64,000 nucleotides of DNA from positions 3,693 through 67,692 of the forward strand of contig CAYGAC010000011.1 in NCBI GenBank assembly GCA_964347865.1. Direction: 5' to 3'. The notes under the pieces were generated by a model. The model worked only from the letters and a program-made list of their open reading frames with translations, was not told the DNA's origin and ran no database searches. Made by a program: the position numbers and the translations under genes. This document shows, piece by piece, positions 58,113 through 64,000 of this stretch (positions within the stretch are counted from its first letter, which is position 1; each line of letters begins with the position of its first letter). The DNA comes from an uncultured Thermoplasmatales archaeon. GTDB lineage: Archaea > Thermoplasmatota > E2 > DHVEG-1.

Positions 58113-59603
58113 ATGACGTTAAGACTCTACAATTCACTATCTAGAAAAAAAGAACCATTTAAACCTGTTGAAGATGGAAAAGTAAAGATGTATGTGTGCG
58201 GTATGACTGTTTATAGTGATGTTCATATAGGTCACGCCCGCACATATTTGGCATTTGACGTAATTCGGAGATATTTTGAACATTCTGGATACGATGTTTT
58301 GTATGTTCAAAATATCACAGATGTAGATGATAAGATAATTGCAGCAGCTAATAAAGAAGGTATAGATCCCATCAAATATTCAGAACGTTTTGCTGATAGA
58401 TGTCTCAAAGATTTGGATGATCTTGGAATTCGGAGAGCTGACTCATATCCCAAAGCTTCTGAGACCATTCCTGACATGATTGTGATGATACAAAAGATTC
58501 TGGAAAAAGGATATGGATATGTATCTGATGGTGATGTTTATTTCTCTGTTGAAAATTTCAAAGATTACGGAAAACTCTCTGGTCAAAGAATTGATGAGAT
58601 GATGAGTGGTGCTCGAGTTGAACCAGGAGATAAAAAACAAAAATCGTTTGATTTTGCTCTCTGGAAACAAGCAAAACCAGGGGAACCATTTTGGGAGTCT
58701 CCTTGGGGAAAGGGGCGACCAGGTTGGCATATTGAATGCTCCACTATGAGTGGTAAATATCTTGGAATGCCCTTTGACATCCATGGTGGTGGCATGGATC
58801 TTCGCTTTCCACATCATGAAAATGAAATTGCACAAGCTGAGGCTGCAACGGGGAAAGAGTTTGCTAAATATTGGATGCATATAGGCCTACTCACCGTTGA
58901 TGGAGAAAAAATGTCAAAATCTCTTGGGAATATAGTCAACGTTAAGGACCTAATGAACAAGTGGGATTCCGAAGTTATTCGTATGTTTTTCGCTCAAGCT
59001 CATTATCGAAGTCCACCCGATTTTAGCCAAACAGCACTAGAAAACACTCGGAAGGGTTTAGAAAGAATATACCGATTAAAAGAGAGATTAGAGGAACTTT
59101 CTACAAAAAATAGTGTATTGGATGAAAACAAATTAACAGAAAAAGAAAAACAATATCTTGCAAGTATAAATGAATTTAAACAAAAATTTGAACAGGCCAT
59201 GGATGACGATTTTAACACACCAGAAGCCTTTGCACAACTATTTGATTATATCAATACGAGCAACAGTTTTTTAGAACGCAATGAACATGTTGATGCTGCA
59301 CTATGCAAATATGGTCTTGAACAACTGTTGAAATTGGGAAACATTCTTACTCTTTTCCAACCTAAAAAAACCCATCCAGATGAAACTGTACTTTTTGAAA
59401 AATTACAAAAACTCATCCAGAAATACAAAGAAGTGGAAACAGAAGGCATCGAAGTAATTATAAAAACATTGATTGATATCAGAGAAGAGGAAAGGAAAAA
59501 GAAAAACTGGCAAATGGCAGATCGAATTAGAAAAGAACTCGAAGACATTGGGATAGAAATACAGGATACAAATAAAGGTCCTGTTTGGAAGAAAAGATTA
59601 TGA
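58113..59603 (+). CDS. cysS: cysteinyl-tRNA synthetase
   Basis: MTLRLYNSLSRKKEPF start, HIGHARTY (HIGH) and KMSKS. Confidence 0.9.
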   Translation: MTLRLYNSLSRKKEPFKPVEDGKVKMYVCGMTVYSDVHIGHARTYLAFDVIRRYFEHSGYDVLYVQNITDVDDKIIAAANKEGIDPIKYSERFADRCLKDLDDLGIRRADSYPKASETIPDMIVMIQKILEKGYGYVSDGDVYFSVENFKDYGKLSGQRIDEMMSGARVEPGDKKQKSFDFALWKQAKPGEPFWESPWGKGRPGWHIECSTMSGKYLGMPFDIHGGGMDLRFPHHENEIAQAEAATGKEFAKYWMHIGLLTVDGEKMSKSLGNIVNVKDLMNKWDSEVIRMFFAQAHYRSPPDFSQTALENTRKGLERIYRLKERLEELSTKNSVLDENKLTEKEKQYLASINEFKQKFEQAMDDDFNTPEAFAQLFDYINTSNSFLERNEHVDAALCKYGLEQLLKLGNILTLFQPKKTHPDETVLFEKLQKLIQKYKEVETEGIEVIIKTLIDIREEERKKKNWQMADRIRKELEDIGIEIQDTNKGPVWKKRL

Positions 59604-60007
59604 AAAGAATCTTAGTAGGATTTGATGGTTCTGAAGGTTCTGAAAATGCACTAAACAAAGCAATGATGCTTATTGATGAAAATGGTGAGCTTATTTTACT
59701 TGCTGTAATTCCAGTCCCTTCTGATAACAACCTTGTAGATCAAACAGCCTATGAACTTTTAAAGAAGAGAGCACAAAACCTTATACAAGGTGCAGTTGAT
59801 GATATAGGATCTCATGAGTTCGAAGTCACAGGACTGGTTGAGGAAGGAGATATTGCAGCAAAAATTATTGATGTTGCCAATGAACTGAATTGTGATTTAA
59901 TCGTCCTTGGTGGAAAAGGTGCAAGCGAACTTGGTTCGTTTCCCATTGGAAGTGTTTCAAATAAGGTAGTACAATATGCTCATAAACCCGTCATGGTTGT
60001 GAGATAA
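59600..60007 (+). CDS. universal stress protein (UspA family)
   Basis: MKRILVGFDGSEGSENAL...LIVLGGKG...GSVSNKVVQYAHKPVMVV. ATGA overlap with cysS. Confidence 0.85.
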   Translation: MKRILVGFDGSEGSENALNKAMMLIDENGELILLAVIPVPSDNNLVDQTAYELLKKRAQNLIQGAVDDIGSHEFEVTGLVEEGDIAAKIIDVANELNCDLIVLGGKGASELGSFPIGSVSNKVVQYAHKPVMVVR

Positions 60008-60010
60008 AAC

Positions 60011-60304
60011 TTATTTTCTATGTCTTATCTTTCTAAAATATTCTTCAATAGTTTGCCCCATTCGCCATCCAAAATATCCAAGAAAAAAAGCCCAGAAACC
60101 ACCAACACTAATAGTAGCAACATTTGTTAAAAAATCAGCACCTGCAGTGATAAAAGTCCAAATACTTACAACAATCGTATAGATAATAATAATGATGAAA
60201 ATTATTATCAAAAAATGTTTATAAAATCTAATAGTTTCAGAGGTAGCTTTTTTAATCACTTTCTTTGCTTTGGTTTTAGAATCTTTTATTGGCATAAAAA
60301 CCAA
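60011..60304 (-). CDS. small 2-TM membrane protein
   Basis: 97-aa ORF with two hydrophobic segments. Confidence 0.45.
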   Translation of the reverse strand: MVFMPIKDSKTKAKKVIKKATSETIRFYKHFLIIIFIIIIIYTIVVSIWTFITAGADFLTNVATISVGGFWAFFLGYFGWRMGQTIEEYFRKIRHRK

Positions 60305-60379
60305 CTAATATCGGTCAAACATCATTTTATTTTTATTAATATTTTCGGAGGAATTAATAAAAAACACCCGATTATTTAG

Positions 60380-60601
60380 TTAAAATTCTTCCTCACCAAA
60401 CTTCCGATCACCACATCTTCTTATTAATATGATAATAACAACCAGATATACAGAATATAGAATAACACTTACTACAGCCCCAAGACTTGGATTGAGTAAG
60501 AAATTAAAAATTGGTAAAAAAAACACAATGGATATTAATAAAAGTAAACATTTCAAAGTATTACTCCACGTATTCAATTTTTTCTTAGGATTTATCACCA
60601 T
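60380..60601 (-). CDS. small 2-TM membrane protein
   Basis: 73-aa ORF with two hydrophobic segments. Confidence 0.4.
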   Translation of the reverse strand: MVINPKKKLNTWSNTLKCLLLLISIVFFLPIFNFLLNPSLGAVVSVILYSVYLVVIIILIRRCGDRKFGEEEF

Positions 60602-60708
60602 TAAATCAAAACAATCTCATATTGTATATTAACATTTTTGGAGACTCTATTTAGTTGAATCTGAAAAATAATAGGTAAAATTATTAAGGAGAAAATCCTA
60701 AATTAAAC

Positions 60709-61296
60709 TTATTTACCTCTGCTCTGATGTGCACGGATACTTGGTCTTATTTTCTCAGCACCTTTCCCTTTATACATCATCCCCCTACCTTTCTGTCCTG
60801 CGCTTGTTTTACCTCGTAGCACTCTTCTCCGATTCGATGGACCAGCAATCCATTTTATTTTCGGATCTTTCACGATGCTAGGGTGTGAATAATCAACTAA
60901 TATAACCTCATAATAGTGGTACTTTCCATCTTCTCCAACCCAGTAGGAATTTAACACTTCCATGTTTTGATATCTCTTTGCTGTACGTTCTTCTGCAATT
61001 CTTTGAGTACTTTTTGCAGCTGTGATTTTTTTTATTCCTTTTGCTGAGGGTTTTCTACCACCCTTTATTTTATGTTTCCTAAGTCCTCCCCTTCGAACAC
61101 GTGCTCGAACAATAATATAACCCTGTTTTGCTTTGTATCCAAGTGATCGTGCTCTATCTATCCTTAAAGGTTTTTCAACTCGGGTAAAACTCCCCTCTTT
61201 TCTCCACTGGACAATACGGTTTTTAAGAGGTGATTTATAGGAGGTATCAGGTTTTTTCCACTGTTCTCTTAAGTGGCCATACATGCTTTTAACCAT
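60709..61296 (-). CDS. rpl15e: 50S ribosomal protein eL15
   Basis: [12 protein letters not shown]...RVRRGG...GYKAKQGY is characteristic of L15e. Confidence 0.9.
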   Translation of the reverse strand: MVKSMYGHLREQWKKPDTSYKSPLKNRIVQWRKEGSFTRVEKPLRIDRARSLGYKAKQGYIIVRARVRRGGLRKHKIKGGRKPSAKGIKKITAAKSTQRIAEERTAKRYQNMEVLNSYWVGEDGKYHYYEVILVDYSHPSIVKDPKIKWIAGPSNRRRVLRGKTSAGQKGRGMMYKGKGAEKIRPSIRAHQSRGK

Positions 61297-61467
61297 TTAA
61301 CACACCTGTTCTTGTTACTGGTAGAGGCTAAGGAAAGGAAATCTTTATTTAAAACTTTTGTCGCTTTAATTTTTAAATAAGTAAAATTATCGTCCCCAAA
61401 CTTAATAATAGTAATTCTATTTTGTGCTGGTAATCTTATATAGTATTATACGAATGGAAAGAATGCC

Positions 61468-62112
61468 ATGAAAAAACTCTTAGAAAGAAAAGGACCACTT
61501 GCTGAAAACGAGGTAAAAGACCTGTTAAAATCGTACAGTATTAAGACTACGAATTACAAAATTGTAAACAAATTAGAGGATTTAGAAAAACTTGGCTTAA
61601 AATTTCCAGTTGCTTTGAAGGTTCGCTCCCATAAAATATTACATAAAACTGATGTCGGTGGTGTCAAACTTGGGATACAAAATATGGTTGAACTGAAAAA
61701 AACATTTAAAGAATTTAGGAAGAAATTTGCGAAAGAAAACTTCCTTGTCGACCAAATGGTTGAAAAAGGAATTGAAATCATCGTCGGTCTGGTACAAGAT
61801 CCAACATTTGGTCTTTCTATCATGTGTGGAATAGGTGGTATTTTCACCGAACTGTATAAGGATGTATCGTTTCGTGTCGTACCGATAGATAAGTATGATG
61901 CTGAACAAATGATTGAAGAAATTCAAGGAAAAAAATTGCTTGAGGGATTTAGAAACATACCAGCAAATAAAGAATTGGTTGTAAACCTCCTTCTAAAAGT
62001 TTCAAAAATTGGTCAAGAACTTGATAAACATATTGACCAGTTGGATTTAAATCCTGTTTTTGTATACGGGAATGATTTATGTGTTGTTGATGCTAAACTT
62101 ATATTGAAATAA
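61468..62112 (+). CDS. ATP-grasp domain protein (ADP-forming acetyl-CoA synthetase beta-like)
   Basis: LAENEVKDLLKSYSI...FPVALKVRSHKILHKTDVGGVKLGI. Confidence 0.65.
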   Translation: MKKLLERKGPLAENEVKDLLKSYSIKTTNYKIVNKLEDLEKLGLKFPVALKVRSHKILHKTDVGGVKLGIQNMVELKKTFKEFRKKFAKENFLVDQMVEKGIEIIVGLVQDPTFGLSIMCGIGGIFTELYKDVSFRVVPIDKYDAEQMIEEIQGKKLLEGFRNIPANKELVVNLLLKVSKIGQELDKHIDQLDLNPVFVYGNDLCVVDAKLILK

Positions 62113-62119
62113 AAAGGAG

Positions 62120-63403
62120 TTGAAATATTTGGTAGTAAAAACAAACAATTATGCAATACGGGACCCAAAACTTGTTGATGAAGGTAAAAATCTGATTCAT
62201 TGGGCAGAAGATCATATGCCCGTTTTAATGAGAATAAAAAAGGAGTTTGAAAAGAAGAAACCACTAAAGGGTCTAACACTTGGTTGCTGCCTTCATGTTA
62301 CAAAAGAAACCGCTGTTTTAATGAGAACATTACAAGCTGGCGGAGCAAAGGTTGCACTCTGTGGATCAAATCCATTAAGCACCAATGATGCAGTTGCTGC
62401 AGCACTTGCTAAGGAAGGAATTTTTGTCTATGCTTGGCGGGGTGTAAATACCAAAGAATATTACTGGTGTGTAGACAGAGTGCTTGATCACAAGCCAAAT
62501 ATCAGTATGGATGATGGGAGTGATTTGGTTACACGACTCCATACAACTCGAAAAGAAGGATTAAAATTCATTATCGCAGGTACTGAAGAAACGACAACTG
62601 GGGTGAACCGACAACGAATTATGGCCGAAAAAGGAGATTTGAAATATCCAATAATTGCAGTAAATGATGCAATGACAAAGCATTTCTTTGACAACCGATA
62701 TGGGACAGGACAATCAACAATTGATGGAATTCTTCGTGCAACCTCAGTTTTAATATCCGGTAAAACCTTGGTTGTTTCAGGCTATGGATGGTGCGGTAAA
62801 GGGGTATCTATGCGTGCTCGCGGTATGGGTGCAAATGTAATTATTACTGAGGTTGATCCCGTTCGAGCATTAGAAGCAGTGATGGATGGTTTCAGAGTAA
62901 TGCCTATTGAAAAGGCTGCAAAAATTGGAGATATCTTTGTAACCGTTACTGGAAATAAACACGTGATTGATAAAACCACGATAGATATATTAAAAGATGG
63001 TGCAATTATTGCAAATAGCGGTCATTTTGATAACGAAATCAATGTCACGTATTTAGATGCGAACGCAAAAGATTGGATGGAGATCCGTCCAAACGTACGC
63101 GAATATCATATGAAGGATGGTCGCACTATTTATCTTCTTGCCGAGGGCCGGTTAGTTAATCTCTCTGCTGCTGAGGGTCATCCCAGTGAGGTGATGGATA
63201 TGAGTTTTGCAAACCAAGCACTAACTGCAGAGTGGTTAATCAATAAAAAGAATCTAGCAAAACTAGAGAATAAAGTGTATTCGGTACCAAGTGAGATTGA
63301 CCAAGACATTGCACAGCATAAGCTACAAAGCATGAACGTACACGTTGATAAGCTTACAAAAACGCAAAAAGAGTATATGGATAACTGGCAAGAGGGGACA
63401 TAA
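62120..63403 (+). CDS. ahcY: adenosylhomocysteinase
   Basis: GCCLHVTKETAVLMRTL, GYGWCGKG NAD motif. The start is a TTG (62120 or 62129) after an AAGGAG site. Confidence 0.9.
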   Translation: MKYLVVKTNNYAIRDPKLVDEGKNLIHWAEDHMPVLMRIKKEFEKKKPLKGLTLGCCLHVTKETAVLMRTLQAGGAKVALCGSNPLSTNDAVAAALAKEGIFVYAWRGVNTKEYYWCVDRVLDHKPNISMDDGSDLVTRLHTTRKEGLKFIIAGTEETTTGVNRQRIMAEKGDLKYPIIAVNDAMTKHFFDNRYGTGQSTIDGILRATSVLISGKTLVVSGYGWCGKGVSMRARGMGANVIITEVDPVRALEAVMDGFRVMPIEKAAKIGDIFVTVTGNKHVIDKTTIDILKDGAIIANSGHFDNEINVTYLDANAKDWMEIRPNVREYHMKDGRTIYLLAEGRLVNLSAAEGHPSEVMDMSFANQALTAEWLINKKNLAKLENKVYSVPSEIDQDIAQHKLQSMNVHVDKLTKTQKEYMDNWQEGT

Positions 63404-63467
63404 CGAGCTTATTTAGATTAATAGTTAGGGACATTCTTTTAATAGGTACGAAGGATTGGGTAACAGT

Positions 63468-64000
63468 ATGATTGTCTTGATTGGTACAGGGCATGTATTT
63501 GACTTGTCTGCTTCACTATTAAAAATATTTAATGAAAAAAATCCTGATGTCATCTGTGTTGAGTTAGATAAGCAACGGTTTAATGCGATTATGGTAAAAC
63601 GCACAAAACCAGATACATATAAAGAAGCCCGAAAGAATTTGCCTGTTGTGTATAAACTACTTGCTCGTTTTCAGGAGAATCTCGCTAGCGAATATGGAGT
63701 AAGTGCTGGAGATGAAATGCTGACAGCGATTAATTATGCTCAGTCTCATCATTTACCAGTAGAATTTATTGATATGAATGCACAACATCTGTTTCGAGAG
63801 ATGTGGAAATCGATGCCCTTTTCTGAAAAGTTCAGACTTTTACTAACGGGCTTTGGTGGTTTATTTGTAAGTAAAAAAAGGGTAGAAGAGGAACTGAAGA
63901 ATTTTCAGAAGGATTTTGATACTTATATTGAAAGAATAGGGAAAAAATTCCCAACGATCAAGAAAACACTCATCGATAAACGGGATGCCCATATGGTAAA
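63468..64000 (+). CDS. TraB/GumN-family protein, partial (runs off the window end)
   Basis: MIVLIGTGHVFDLS...VELDKQR...GDEMLTAINYA. Confidence 0.7.
   Translation, partial: MIVLIGTGHVFDLSASLLKIFNEKNPDVICVELDKQRFNAIMVKRTKPDTYKEARKNLPVVYKLLARFQENLASEYGVSAGDEMLTAINYAQSHHLPVEFIDMNAQHLFREMWKSMPFSEKFRLLLTGFGGLFVSKKRVEEELKNFQKDFDTYIERIGKKFPTIKKTLIDKRDAHMV

Noticed and set aside
58443-59730. Multiple antisense ORFs across cysS
   Set aside because: They lie opposite a canonical CysRS with HIGH and KMSKS motifs and have no motifs of their own.

Overview
The window is AT-rich, densely coding archaeal chromosome. Archaeal markers are ribosomal proteins uS15 and eL15, KEOPS Pcc1, a RecJ/DHH nuclease, fructose-1,6-bisphosphate aldolase/phosphatase, a methanogen-type (type-2) SerRS, a RaSEA-like radical SAM enzyme, TrmI and a PGF-CTERM tail. 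Many genes have GGAGG-like Shine-Dalgarno sites and ATGA start/stop overlaps. I see four blocks. (1) 1-14 kb is mosaic and accessory. It holds a DUF5343-like plus HEPN pair, secreted beta-helix/PKD proteins, a 3'-truncated MDR oxidoreductase abutting an HTH plus basic-protein cassette, and a zinc-ribbon radical SAM plus methyltransferase pair. (2) 14-25 kb is an island-like stretch ending at tRNA-Thr(CGU). It is littered with fragments resembling the 3' half of that tRNA. It encodes a 7-bladed beta-propeller protein, a LamG protein, a tail-fibre-like protein and a MacB-type ABC exporter. No integrase is visible. (3) 27-45 kb is cell-surface and glycan genes. These are a glycosidase/beta-helix gene with one in-frame TAG, an AP-superfamily enzyme, GT2, a sulfotransferase, two GT-B transferases, a 1433-aa protein with a flippase-like C-terminus, an M28 peptidase and a C2-like/TSP3/zincin protein. 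(4) 45-64 kb is housekeeping, interrupted by a tight five-gene operon at 52.0-56.9 kb: FAD-oxidase C-terminal remnant, SCP2, LuxE-like, SCP2, LuxC-like. I consider that operon the best candidate for an undescribed system, an acyl-reductase module with dedicated lipid carriers in an archaeon. I found no CRISPR array, rRNA or recognisable transposase/integrase. All family assignments come from motif recognition by eye and need HMM confirmation.
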